Source of the DNA: a virus
IMG/VR virus record: IMGVR_UViG_3300038455_000034
Coordinates: 1-54,415 of that record
Direction: 5' to 3' (one strand)
Length of the DNA stretch: 54,415 nucleotides
The notes below the pieces were generated by a model. The model had not been told where the DNA came from. It saw only the letters and a list, made by a program, of their open reading frames with translations, and searched no databases. Both the position numbers and the translations under genes were made by a program. This document shows positions 38,060 to 46,880 of this stretch, one piece after another; positions within the stretch are counted from its first letter, which is position 1, and the number at the start of each line of letters is the position of its first letter.

Positions 38060-38718
38060 TGCCACTTCGGGACAACATCGACCAGAAGGCCCGCGCGATG
38101 TCGCTCGGCTACCAGCGGGAGCACGCAGACCCAGAGAAGCGCGCCTGCCGATGGTGCGGCGGACCCGTGCCCAAGGGCCGCCGGTCGTGGTGTAGCGAGG
38201 CATGCGTCCACGAGGCGCTGATGCGCGCCCATCCAGGCTACGCGCGTTCCCAGGTGGAGAAGCGAGATCACGGCATCTGCGCAGTCTGCGGCCTCGACTG
38301 CGGACGATTGGAGAGGCTGGTAGATCGGCTGCTGAGGTTGTCCGAGTTGGTGGTGTGGGTGCGCACGGACACCGGCGCCACGGTGAGCGAATACTGGCGC
38401 GAGATTCCCAGTGTGCAGCTCAAGCAGGTGCCCCACCCGGCGGCCAACAAAGCGCTGCGAAACCTGGAGCTGTTGCTGGTCATCCTCGGGTTGTGGGCGG
38501 GTCACGACCTGCGCAAGTGGACCTGGCACGCCGTCCACGGCATCGGCAGACGAGACAGGCTACCACTCAAGCATTCGCTTTGGCAGGCTGACCACATCCG
38601 TCCAGTGGTCGAGGGTGGCGGCGGGTGCGGTCTCGACAACTATCGCACGCTCTGCCTTCGCTGCCACAAGCGCGCGACGGCCGCGCTTGCGACGAGGCGT
38701 GCTGATGCCATTCGCTGA
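38059..38718 (+). CDS. HNH endonuclease with N-terminal zinc ribbon
   Basis: ..WQADHIRPVVEGGGGCGLDNYRTLCLRCHKR.. is an HNH motif, preceded by CRWCGG...CSEAC. Confidence 0.8.
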   Translation: MPLRDNIDQKARAMSLGYQREHADPEKRACRWCGGPVPKGRRSWCSEACVHEALMRAHPGYARSQVEKRDHGICAVCGLDCGRLERLVDRLLRLSELVVWVRTDTGATVSEYWREIPSVQLKQVPHPAANKALRNLELLLVILGLWAGHDLRKWTWHAVHGIGRRDRLPLKHSLWQADHIRPVVEGGGGCGLDNYRTLCLRCHKRATAALATRRADAIR

Positions 38719-38739
38719 AGTAACCCCGACCGAAACCTC

Positions 38740-38768
38740 TTGACAGCGGCCCGGTGTCGTGCTTTGAT
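38740..38768 (+). promoter_or_regulatory. Candidate sigma-70-type promoter
   Basis: TTGACA 38740-38745, a 17-nt spacer, then TTTGAT 38763-38768. It sits in the 226-bp gap before gene 38945. Confidence 0.3.
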
Positions 38769-38944
38769 GGATGATGTCGAGATGCATACTCACAAACATC
38801 AACGCTTGAAAACGGCGGCTCTCACCCGGTGGGCGTGCGTCTCGACAACCTCGATCGTTGGGTTGACGGGCCGTCGCTTTGAGGTGTTGATCGGTTCTGC
38901 AACTACAACCAGAGAGGCCGGAATACAACCAACAGGAGAGTGAC

Positions 38945-39244
38945 ATGGACGACATCTTTGCACTTCAGGGAGACCAGATTATTCGCAAGCTCGACAAACG
39001 CATCGCCGGGGAACTCGAACCGGCGAGGGACCTGGTGATTGCTGGCAGCCACAGTAGCCCGCACATCATCGTCGGGCGCTGCTACACGCGCATGGAGCGA
39101 GATAGGAGGCTCGTCCGCGTGTCGCGCGCGACGATCATCAAGCATGCGGACCGGCATCGGCCCACGAAACTCATCAAGGGAGACTACGAAATTTATCCCC
39201 AGCGCGAGCGCGGCGGCGACGGTGACCGGGCCGTGGAGGACTGA
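38945..39244 (+). CDS. Hypothetical protein (99 aa)
   Basis: RBS caggagag. Confidence 0.6.
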   Translation: MDDIFALQGDQIIRKLDKRIAGELEPARDLVIAGSHSSPHIIVGRCYTRMERDRRLVRVSRATIIKHADRHRPTKLIKGDYEIYPQRERGGDGDRAVED

Positions 39245-39245
39245 C

Positions 39246-40802
39246 ATGGCTAAGAAGCTCTATCACATGACCCCGGCACACAGAAGGCGCCTCCACGACT
39301 GGTCCGATAAGGTGCTGGCCAACGCGCGCAGAACAGACCCCATGTCGGCCGAGGATCGCGCGAAGGCCGAGGGCGCCATTCGCGGCATCTACAACAGCAT
39401 CGGCCTCGGCGGAGGGAAGGTGCGCGTGGTCTTTTGCGCATCTCCTGACGTCGCCAGAATTGCTGGCCGCCTAGCGTTTTCCGCGCGCTGGCTACGCGAG
39501 CATCCCGAATCCCAGCGCAAGATCTTCGGCCGTCTCCTGCGACCGGCAGAGCTAAGGGATGCGCTCCGCCGAGCCGCGACTATGTTGGTGGTGGGGACCA
39601 GGTCTCGCATGAGCGATTTGGAGCCGAAAGTGCTCCCTCTCGTCCGAGCTGCCGCTGCCGCTGCCGCTGCCGCTGACGCTGCCGCTGCCACTGCCGCTGC
39701 CGCTGCCACTGCCGCTGCCGCTGCCGCTGCCGCTGCCACTGCCGATGCCACTGCCGCTGCCGCTGACGCTGCCGATGCCGCTGCCGATGCCGATGACGCT
39801 GACGCTGCCGCTGACGATGCCGCTGCCGCTGCCGCTGCCACTGCCGCTGCCGCTGCCGATGCCGATGCCGATGCCGCTGCCGATGCCGATGACGCTGACG
39901 CTGCCGATGACGATGCCGCTGCCGCTGCCGATGCCGCTGCCGCTGCCGATGCCGCTGCCGCTGCCGCTGCCGCTGCCGCTGACGCTGCCGATGCCGATGC
40001 CGCTGCCGCTGCCGCTGCCGATGCCGATGCCGCTGCCGCTGCCGATGCCGCTGCCGCTGCCGCTGCCGCTGCCGCTGCCGATGGGATCGTCGTGGCATGC
40101 ACCTACTACTTCGTGCGGGCGTATAGGCGATATTGGTGGAGGCGCTTGCAGGGCGGAAACCTCCGCACGTGGCATCTAGTCAGGTGCGGGTTCTTTCTCC
40201 ACGTCGCCAAGCTCGACATCAACTGGCGTAGCTATCCCCAGTACGAAGCTGCGGCGTTTGCGTCGGGTCCGCGGGTCATGTATCGCGACTTTTGTCTGGT
40301 CTCCGATCGTTGCTCCGTGTTGCACAACGATGAACGAAATCGGCTGCACTGTGAGACTGGCCCGGCCATCGGGTGGAGAAATGGATCCTCCATGTACTAC
40401 TGGCACGGCGTCCGGGTGCCGAGGCGATTGATCGAGAGGCCTGGTTCCTACACCTCCGACGAGTACAAGAGACTCCCGGCGGAACAGCGGCGCGCTCTTG
40501 GTGAGCATCTGGGATGGGACAAGGTGCTTGCGATGCTCGGATCGTCGTCGGTTGACGACGCGATCATCGACGGCTTGGCGTATGAGCTTGTCAGGTGCTC
40601 CGATCACTCACAATACCTACGCATGCAGAGCCCGGTGCTGCAAGACGGGTCACAACCATACTATTTGGAACCCGCGCATGAGGATTCGAAGACGGCGGCT
40701 GGAGCACGCAAGTGGCGATTGGCTCGCGAGCCTAGCGGGAGATGGTGGACGCCAGGTGAGTGTGACGAGAATCCAACTATCAAGATCGGCCAGCACACGT
40801 GA
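39246..40802 (+). CDS. DUF6745-like protein interrupted by a ~144-residue poly-Ala/Asp tract
   Basis: ATG 39246. The N-terminus ..TDPMSAEDRAKAEGAIRGIYNSIGLGGGKVRVVFCASP.. and C-terminus ..LHCETGPAIGWRNGSSMYYWHGVRVP.. are recalled family signatures. Confidence 0.65.
   Translation: MAKKLYHMTPAHRRRLHDWSDKVLANARRTDPMSAEDRAKAEGAIRGIYNSIGLGGGKVRVVFCASPDVARIAGRLAFSARWLREHPESQRKIFGRLLRPAELRDALRRAATMLVVGTRSRMSDLEPKVLPLVRAAAAAAAAADAAAATAAAAATAAAAAAAAATADATAAAADAADAAADADDADAAADDAAAAAAATAAAAADADADAAADADDADAADDDAAAAADAAAAADAAAAAAAAAADAADADAAAAAAADADAAAAADAAAAAAAAAAADGIVVACTYYFVRAYRRYWWRRLQGGNLRTWHLVRCGFFLHVAKLDINWRSYPQYEAAAFASGPRVMYRDFCLVSDRCSVLHNDERNRLHCETGPAIGWRNGSSMYYWHGVRVPRRLIERPGSYTSDEYKRLPAEQRRALGEHLGWDKVLAMLGSSSVDDAIIDGLAYELVRCSDHSQYLRMQSPVLQDGSQPYYLEPAHEDSKTAAGARKWRLAREPSGRWWTPGECDENPTIKIGQHT
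39648..40080 (+). repeat. About 72 hexanucleotide units (gctgcc/gctgac/gatgcc/actgcc) encoding Ala/Asp/Thr low complexity
   Basis: Read directly. It produces open shadow frames in several other frames. Confidence 0.95.
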
Positions 40803-40885
40803 GCCGCGAAGCCAAAGAAGCCAAGAGACAAGAGATAGAAGAACTGACAGCGAGGATCGCTCTTCTCACTGGGATAACAGGATGA
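40799..40885 (+). CDS. 28-aa coupled micro-ORF (tentative)
   Basis: GTGA overlap upstream and ATGA overlap downstream. Translation is VSREAKEAKRQEIEELTARIALLTGITG. Confidence 0.25.
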   Translation: MSREAKEAKRQEIEELTARIALLTGITG

Positions 40886-41640
40886 GATGGGAGGACGAAA
40901 GGTATGTCAGGATCTACACCAGGGACACGTCCGCTCTGGCGGCGCTCGGGTGGGAGGCGAGGGCTTTGCTTTGGGAGGTGTTCCGCAAGATGGATAGGGT
41001 GGGCGTTCTCGCCCTCGGGAAGCATGGGGCACGGGGATTAGCAGCATTGACGGCCATGCCGGTGGATCTTGTGGAACGTGCCTTAGCCCTCCTGATAGCC
41101 GACGGGGTTTTGGTCATGAGGGGAGATGATCTCTTCTGCCCAAACTTCATGCACGCACAAGAATGCGTCAAATCAAACAGCCTACGTCAAAAAGAGAAAA
41201 GGGAAAGGGCATACCTCAAAACAACACTAGAAGTGTCCCACGCGACACATCCCGTGTCAGAAACGACACAAAATGACACCGACCGACACTCCGAGACACT
41301 CCGTGCTGTACCCGTGCTGTTCCAAGAAGAGATAGATCAATCTGACGCCAAGCGGAAACGGAAGAAACATGACTCGGAATACTCGCCCGGGTTCGTCGAG
41401 TTCTGGAGGGCGTACCCACGCAGGACGGCGAAGGAGGCGGCCTGGAAGGCGTGGCCGGGCGACGAGCTAACCAAGGAAATTCTAGAGGCCCTCGAATGGC
41501 AGGTCAAGGGATGGACCGACATTGCTTTCGTGAAGCACCCAGCATCGTGGCTCAATGCAAAGTGCTGGCTTGACGAAAAGTCGGAGTGGACGAAGCGAGA
41601 GGAAACAAGGCCAGAGCCAAGGACACCGATTCAGGATTGA
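40882..41640 (+). CDS. Replication organiser (DnaD/DUF1376-like)
   Basis: ..YVRIYTRDTSALAALGWEARALLWEVF.. and C-terminal ..FVEFWRAYPRRTAKEAAWKAW...WLNAKCWLDE.. are typical of phage replisome organisers. It is directly upstream of the primase-helicase. Confidence 0.6.
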   Translation: MRWEDERYVRIYTRDTSALAALGWEARALLWEVFRKMDRVGVLALGKHGARGLAALTAMPVDLVERALALLIADGVLVMRGDDLFCPNFMHAQECVKSNSLRQKEKRERAYLKTTLEVSHATHPVSETTQNDTDRHSETLRAVPVLFQEEIDQSDAKRKRKKHDSEYSPGFVEFWRAYPRRTAKEAAWKAWPGDELTKEILEALEWQVKGWTDIAFVKHPASWLNAKCWLDEKSEWTKREETRPEPRTPIQD

Positions 41641-41642
41641 CC

Positions 41643-43532
41643 ATGCGCCAGGTAGACCCGATAGCGGCCGAGGAAGCATTCCGCGCGAAGCTGCGCGAGG
41701 CTGGGCTCGTTCCACCTGACAGCCTGCACACCGACGGCAAGTTGGTGCGCATCGGAGTGGACGGCAAGAACCCAGGCAAGCGCGATGGGTTCTACGTCTA
41801 CCACTCCGATGGGATTCCCGCCGGCGCATATGGCGACTGGTCAGACCGCGACGGGTGGAACACGTGGTGTTTCTTCAACACGTCGGAACTTTCGCGCGAG
41901 GAGTTGGAGGATCACAAGCGCCGTCTTGATCGGGCGCGGGCGGCGCGATCCGAAGAAGAGAAATCCATCAGGGCTGAAGCACAAGCACGTGCAAACAGGA
42001 TTTGGAACTCGGCCACGGAGTGCCAGGAACACCCGTACCTGACGCGAAAGCAGGTCAGAGCGTTCGGGATACGCGAGGTGCAGGGTCGGCTGGTTGTTCC
42101 GGTGATGGATCGCGACGGTCAGATCCACTCGCTCGAATTCATCGACGCTGACGGAACGAAGATGTTTCTTTCCGGAGGGCGTAAGGCTGGCTGTTGGTTT
42201 GGTCTCGGAGAACGTGGAAGCGTGCTTTGCGTGGCCGAGGGATACGCCACGGGCGCTAGCATTCATGAGGCTACTGGTCACTACGTCGCGGTGGCGTTTG
42301 ATTGCGGAAACCTGTCGGCGGTGGCCAAGGCCCTTCGCGAGATGCACCCGACGGCGAGGATTCTCATCTGCGAAGATGACGACCAGAAGACCAAGGGGAA
42401 CCCAGGCGCGAGTGCTGCGGCAAAGGCAGCACAAGCGGTCAACGGACTGATCGCGGTGCCCGACCTTCCACAGGGCGGTGACTTCAACGACCAACACGCC
42501 GTCAAGGGCTTGGAGTCCGTCCGAGATACCATCGACGAGACCATCAAGTCAGACCGAGGCCCGATAGACGCGTGCGACCTGTTCCCGATGGTCATGGGTG
42601 AGATCATCGCGCGCAAAGAGGGCAAGAGCCGCAACACCTTGAGCACTGGGATCAAGTCGGTCGACAATCTCACGCGCCGGATGTTTCGCGGGAACGTGAT
42701 CGTGATCGGTGGTCTACCGGGTTCGGGCAAGACGTCGGCCGCCCTCGGTATCGTCGAGCACAACGCTGCACGCGGGGTGCCGTGCTACGTGGTTTCGATT
42801 GAGATGGACCGATTCGAGATAGGCGTGCGGATCTTGTCCCACAACAGCAGCGTGCCAGCGTCGGACATTTTCGACGACCGCGTAAGGTTGAATTGCGAGC
42901 GGCTGCGGTGGGGAGACATCATGGAGGCGAACGGGCGAATGGAAAAAATCCTGCTCACCCTCGACGATCGGCCTCTCACCCTAGCGGAAATCGTCGAGCA
43001 GGCGCACCTCTGGTTTGCCACGAAGGTCAGGGCTGCGGGCCACGACTTCGGATTGATCGCCGTCGACTATCTCGGGCTCATCAAGTCCGAGGACCGAGGG
43101 GAGAACCGTAACCGTGAGGTGGCGGAGATGTGCAAGGGCTTGAAGGTGTTGGCGCGCACGCTCCGATGCCCGCTGATTCTGTGTGCGCAGCTCAACCGTG
43201 CGCCCACGAAGCGAGGGGGAGAGCCCGAGCTTTCCGACCTTCGCGATAGCGGAGAGATCGAGGCGGTGGCCGACCTGGCGATTTTCCCATGGCCGTGGCC
43301 GCGCCAGATCGTCAAGGACGAGCAAACGGGCGAGCTGCGCACCGAGAAGAAGCAGGCCAAGCCCGGCGAAGATGACAGCGACGTGTGGATCGTTCGCAAG
43401 AACCGCAACGGTCCCAAGGGCGCGGCGCGCGTTCTCTGGCGGCCCGAGGTTATGCAGTACACCGACGTTATCAGGGACTACGACGGTCCTGACACGCGGC
43501 CGAGCTGGCAGGACGGGAGGGACAGCGAATGA
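41643..43532 (+). CDS. Primase (TOPRIM) - DnaB-like helicase fusion
   Basis: TOPRIM-like ..LCVAEGYATGASIHEATG..ILICEDDD.. followed by Walker A GGLPGSGKTS with a DnaB C-terminal-like region. Confidence 0.85.
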   Translation: MRQVDPIAAEEAFRAKLREAGLVPPDSLHTDGKLVRIGVDGKNPGKRDGFYVYHSDGIPAGAYGDWSDRDGWNTWCFFNTSELSREELEDHKRRLDRARAARSEEEKSIRAEAQARANRIWNSATECQEHPYLTRKQVRAFGIREVQGRLVVPVMDRDGQIHSLEFIDADGTKMFLSGGRKAGCWFGLGERGSVLCVAEGYATGASIHEATGHYVAVAFDCGNLSAVAKALREMHPTARILICEDDDQKTKGNPGASAAAKAAQAVNGLIAVPDLPQGGDFNDQHAVKGLESVRDTIDETIKSDRGPIDACDLFPMVMGEIIARKEGKSRNTLSTGIKSVDNLTRRMFRGNVIVIGGLPGSGKTSAALGIVEHNAARGVPCYVVSIEMDRFEIGVRILSHNSSVPASDIFDDRVRLNCERLRWGDIMEANGRMEKILLTLDDRPLTLAEIVEQAHLWFATKVRAAGHDFGLIAVDYLGLIKSEDRGENRNREVAEMCKGLKVLARTLRCPLILCAQLNRAPTKRGGEPELSDLRDSGEIEAVADLAIFPWPWPRQIVKDEQTGELRTEKKQAKPGEDDSDVWIVRKNRNGPKGAARVLWRPEVMQYTDVIRDYDGPDTRPSWQDGRDSE

Positions 43533-43729
43533 CCACGCCAATCGAGAACCGCGCCATGTGGAAGATTCACCATGCGACGATGGCCAAGGCCAGAGCGCAA
43601 GGCGCAGATTTCGCCTGCGCCACCGAGCTTGGATTCGCTGCGACCGATGCGGCCGGTGGAAAGGCGCGTGAGGTGAAGCTGTGCGAGCGATGCATTCGGC
43701 GCGGAGTCGCCGCGGAAAGGAAGCCGTGA
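43529..43729 (+). CDS. Hypothetical protein (66 aa)
   Basis: ATGA overlap. It ends ..GVAAERKP. Confidence 0.55.
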   Translation: MTTPIENRAMWKIHHATMAKARAQGADFACATELGFAATDAAGGKAREVKLCERCIRRGVAAERKP

Positions 43730-44085
43730 TCAACTGCGACTGTTCCACCGACGAAGGTGAAAGCGTCCGCTGTTCTCGGGTGACGATTCGGAAGGCAAGG
43801 AAGCCGCACCAGTGTTGCGAATGTGGCGAGCCCATCCTGCCAGGGCAGAGGTATGAAGACGCCACCGGAATCGACTGCGATGGCGAAGCGTACGGGTACA
43901 GTACGTGCATGACCTGCAAGGCGATTCGCGACGACTACTGCCCGCATGGATTCATGTATTCCTGCCTGGCCGAGACGATCCAAGATTGCCTTGGCTTCGA
44001 CTACCGAACGCTTCCCAACGAACTCGAAGCGCGGCGAATCGACGAAGAAGATGCAGAGCGAGTCGCCGCGGAAAGGACGATATGA
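43726..44085 (+). CDS. Cys-rich protein (119 aa)
   Basis: GTGA overlap. It has CCECGE..C..C motifs and ends ..RVAAERTI. Confidence 0.6.
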   Translation: MINCDCSTDEGESVRCSRVTIRKARKPHQCCECGEPILPGQRYEDATGIDCDGEAYGYSTCMTCKAIRDDYCPHGFMYSCLAETIQDCLGFDYRTLPNELEARRIDEEDAERVAAERTI

Positions 44086-44372
44086 TGGCAACTCGAAGGT
44101 ATGCCGGGGCGATTCGTTACCAGCTACCAGGTTCAGACGAGCACATCGTGTTCCCAGACCCACTTTCTCCGCAGGTCGTCGACGCCGCCTACCGTGCGCG
44201 ATACCACATGGCAGGGTTAACCCAGATCGACTGCTTCCACCTCGCCTCGTGCGCGGAATTCTTGGCGGACCTAGCCGCTTGCAATTCGACGATGGAGTGG
44301 TCGACGGGAATACTGCGCGCGATGCGGAAGGTGATTCGCGAGATGGACTGTGAATCGCGAGATGGACTGTGA
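44082..44372 (+). CDS. Hypothetical protein (96 aa) with a 3' end altered by a 19-bp duplication
   Basis: ATGA overlap. The stop lies inside the second repeat copy. Confidence 0.6.
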   Translation: MMATRRYAGAIRYQLPGSDEHIVFPDPLSPQVVDAAYRARYHMAGLTQIDCFHLASCAEFLADLAACNSTMEWSTGILRAMRKVIREMDCESRDGL

Positions 44373-44374
44373 AT
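44337..44374. repeat. Perfect 2 x 19-bp tandem duplication (cgcgagatggactgtgaat)
   Basis: Read directly: 44337-44355 equals 44356-44374. Confidence 0.95.
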
Positions 44375-44402
44375 CGGTCGCCGCGGAAAGGACGGAATAG
44401 AC

Positions 44403-44705
44403 ATGACCACAGGATTTGATACAATTGAATATCTGCACTCTGGACCACCTGACCCAAGGGTCCCGGTCGCGTGCAATACTTGCGTTCCAGCCGATGTGCT
44501 CCGAACGATAGCAGAGCTCGCCCATGATTGTGCGAATGGAGTGGGCGAAACCATACCTTCCCCGGGAGGGATAGCCGGGTGTTTGCTCGCGTCCATGCTC
44601 GTCTGCGCGATGGAGCAAGTTGGAGAACATTCGGAGGTGATAAGGGCTCGAATCCTGGCCTCGATCCTGATGGGCCTCGCTGAGGAAGGCGACTTCATCC
44701 CATGA
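44403..44705 (+). CDS. Hypothetical protein (100 aa)
   Basis: Track ORF with RBS gaaaggacgg. Confidence 0.6.
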   Translation: MTTGFDTIEYLHSGPPDPRVPVACNTCVPADVLRTIAELAHDCANGVGETIPSPGGIAGCLLASMLVCAMEQVGEHSEVIRARILASILMGLAEEGDFIP

Positions 44706-44968
44706 GAAAGCTATTCGCAATTGTCCAGCAAGCCCAAATCGAGGCGTGGTGCTGGGGTTCGTGCGGAAAGGGTATCTGTGCCAGCATCGAGCTGCTCGAC
44801 GGTGTGGCGGCCATGCCCTGCGCGCAGGAGACGTGCCCGCACCTGGGCAAGGACGATGTCAAGCCGTTTGGGACGGGCAGTTTCCCGTTGCTTGGCGATG
44901 ATGGGGAATACGAGGTGTGGCTGCGGAAGTTGAATCCGCTCGACGGGAAAGGTGAGGTGCGACGATGA
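44702..44968 (+). CDS. Cys-rich hypothetical protein (88 aa)
   Basis: ATGA overlap. Confidence 0.6.
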   Translation: MRKLFAIVQQAQIEAWCWGSCGKGICASIELLDGVAAMPCAQETCPHLGKDDVKPFGTGSFPLLGDDGEYEVWLRKLNPLDGKGEVRR

Positions 44969-45096
44969 TCGGCCACCTTCTCTGCTGGCTCGGCCTGGAC
45001 GCGCGCAAGCTGTACAACTGGCCATTCTCAAGACAGCCGTGGTTCGTTGGGTGCAAGCGTCCCGGCTGCTACTGGACCAAGGAGGTTCGACGGTGA
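44965..45096 (+). CDS. 43-aa coupled small ORF (tentative)
   Basis: ATGA overlap upstream and GTGA overlap with the dam start. Translation is MIGHLLCWLGLDARKLYNWPFSRQPWFVGCKRPGCYWTKEVRR. Confidence 0.4.
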   Translation: MIGHLLCWLGLDARKLYNWPFSRQPWFVGCKRPGCYWTKEVRR

Positions 45097-45896
45097 AAGC
45101 TAGACCTTTCCTGAAGTGGGCTGGGGGCAAGACACGACTCTTGCCTGAGCTGATGAAGCGTGCTCCATCGTCGTTCCGCACCTACCGTGAGCCGTTCGTC
45201 GGAGGCGGCGCGATGTTCTTCGCGCTGCAGCCCAGGTGCGCCGTCCTGTCAGATGCTAACCGCGAGCTTATCGCCACCTACACTGCGATCCGTGACGACG
45301 TCGAGGCCGTAATTGAGCGGCTGGAGTCGTTCGATGTGCAACACTCCGACGAAACCTATTACCACATTCGATCCGAGACTCCGCGATGGCAGTTCAAGCA
45401 CGATGTGGCGGCCCGCATGATCTACCTGAACAAGACGGGTTTCAATGGTCTCTATCGCGTGAATTCCAAGGGTCGATTCAACGTTCCTGTCGGTCGCTTT
45501 AAGTCTCTACCGACAATCTGCGACCGTGAAAACCTGCGCGCATGTTCTTCAGCGTTGGCTGGAAAAATCCTGGAATGCTCTGACTGGCGTTCGATGCTGT
45601 GGGATCGCGGCGACTTCTGCTACTTCGATCCGCCCTATGTGCCTGCGAGCGCGACGGCCAATTTCACTGGGTACACGTCGAATGGGTTCGAGTGGTCGGA
45701 CCAAGTGGCCCTGGCCAACCGCGTCGCCGAGATGAAGCGCGGAGGAGTGCAGGTGATGGCGTCTAACGCGGACACGCCGGAAATCGTAGCGCTGTACGAA
45801 GGGCTAGGTCTCAAGGTCGAGCACCTGACTTGCCGTCGCAACATCAACCGAGACGGCGCCAAGCGCGGCCCCGTCGGAGAGGTGATCATCACATGA
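45093..45896 (+). CDS. dam: Dam-type N6-adenine DNA methyltransferase
   Basis: GTG 45093 lies 7 nt after aaggagg. Motifs ..FLKWAGGK.., ..EPFVGGGA.. and DPPY are present. Confidence 0.85.
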   Translation: MKARPFLKWAGGKTRLLPELMKRAPSSFRTYREPFVGGGAMFFALQPRCAVLSDANRELIATYTAIRDDVEAVIERLESFDVQHSDETYYHIRSETPRWQFKHDVAARMIYLNKTGFNGLYRVNSKGRFNVPVGRFKSLPTICDRENLRACSSALAGKILECSDWRSMLWDRGDFCYFDPPYVPASATANFTGYTSNGFEWSDQVALANRVAEMKRGGVQVMASNADTPEIVALYEGLGLKVEHLTCRRNINRDGAKRGPVGEVIIT

Positions 45897-46213
45897 CCCG
45901 CACCGGCAAGCTCAACGGCATGAAGATCGTCATCTTCGAGGCGCGACCGATCCCGCTGGCTCCCGCGCGGCCTTCCCTAGCGCCAGTGTGGGACGACCCG
46001 CGCGACGTGATGAGGCGCAAGGAAGCGAAGCGGGCAGAGCAGCGCAAGCAGAACTACGGCTACGCCAGAGCCGCCACCGCGCGACGGATGGCCATCCAGG
46101 GCAAGCCACCGGCCGAGATTCGCAAGGTGCTGGCCGCGATGGACCGCAAGCGCGACGAGCGAGCCGCGTTGCCGATGCGCGAGCTGGGGCTTGAACGTGG
46201 GACAGGGCTATGA
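45893..46213 (+). CDS. Hypothetical basic protein (106 aa)
   Basis: ATGA overlap. Confidence 0.55.
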   Translation: MTRTGKLNGMKIVIFEARPIPLAPARPSLAPVWDDPRDVMRRKEAKRAEQRKQNYGYARAATARRMAIQGKPPAEIRKVLAAMDRKRDERAALPMRELGLERGTGL

Positions 46214-46710
46214 CGCTCCCAAAGTTGCTTCTCCTCGCCTGGGCCACGCTGTTCCTCTGCATCGGCCCCGCGCGCGCGGCTACGACCACCGAGCTGGCCC
46301 TGGAGAGCCTCTGCGGCCCAGCGGCGGTGAAGCACGCTCAGCAGGTCGACGCTGCGGCCAGGCGCTACCTGCTACACCCGGTGCACCTCGTGGCCCTGAT
46401 GGCGGTCGAAAGCCACTGCCAGGCGCACGCCGTGAGCCGCAGAGGCGCGATCGGCCTGATGCAGGTCATGCCATACGGCCCAGCCGCGAATGGCCTGCCA
46501 CGCGCGAGGCTGCGCGATCCGAGGGCCAACATCGAGACGGGCGTGCGGTGGCTGGCCATGATGACCACCTGGTGCGGCTCGCTGCCGGCTGGGATCGGGG
46601 CCTATAATACGGGCCGCTGCGATCGAGGCAAGCGGTTCTCGCGGTTGGTAGTGTCCACGGTCGCGCGGGTGTGGCGCGAGATTGAACGCCGAAGGGAGCC
46701 GAGAAGCTGA
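46210..46710 (+). CDS. Secreted lytic transglycosylase (SLT domain)
   Basis: Signal peptide MTLPKLLLLAWATLFLCIGPARA, then ..ESHCQAHAVSRRGAIGLMQV.. and ..AYNTG.. Confidence 0.8.
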   Translation: MTLPKLLLLAWATLFLCIGPARAATTTELALESLCGPAAVKHAQQVDAAARRYLLHPVHLVALMAVESHCQAHAVSRRGAIGLMQVMPYGPAANGLPRARLRDPRANIETGVRWLAMMTTWCGSLPAGIGAYNTGRCDRGKRFSRLVVSTVARVWREIERRREPRS

Positions 46711-46816
46711 TGGCCTATACGATACACCTCGTCACATAGACATTGCGCCGGGACGGCTGTTGTGACAGAATAGCCAAGTCCTACCGGGACAAGGATTCTT
46801 CGAGAGTCCGGAAGAA

Positions 46817-46847
46817 GCGACCTGTTAGCGCAGGCCGCTTTTTCTTT
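46817..46847 (+). terminator. Intrinsic terminator ending the long + strand operon
   Basis: gcgacctg-ttagcg-caggccgc (7/8 pairing) followed by tttttcttt. Confidence 0.6.
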
Positions 46848-46880
46848 AGGTGAGCATGATTGATTGGCTCCTTCGCATAC

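Noticed and set aside
39389-40179. Several 140-240-codon ORFs on both strands over the GCYGMY microsatellite (SAAAAS, GSGSGI, RQRQRH, PLPLPM)
   Set aside because: All are confined to the repeat and lack flanking ordered sequence. Only the Ala/Asp frame joins the conserved N- and C-terminal domains.
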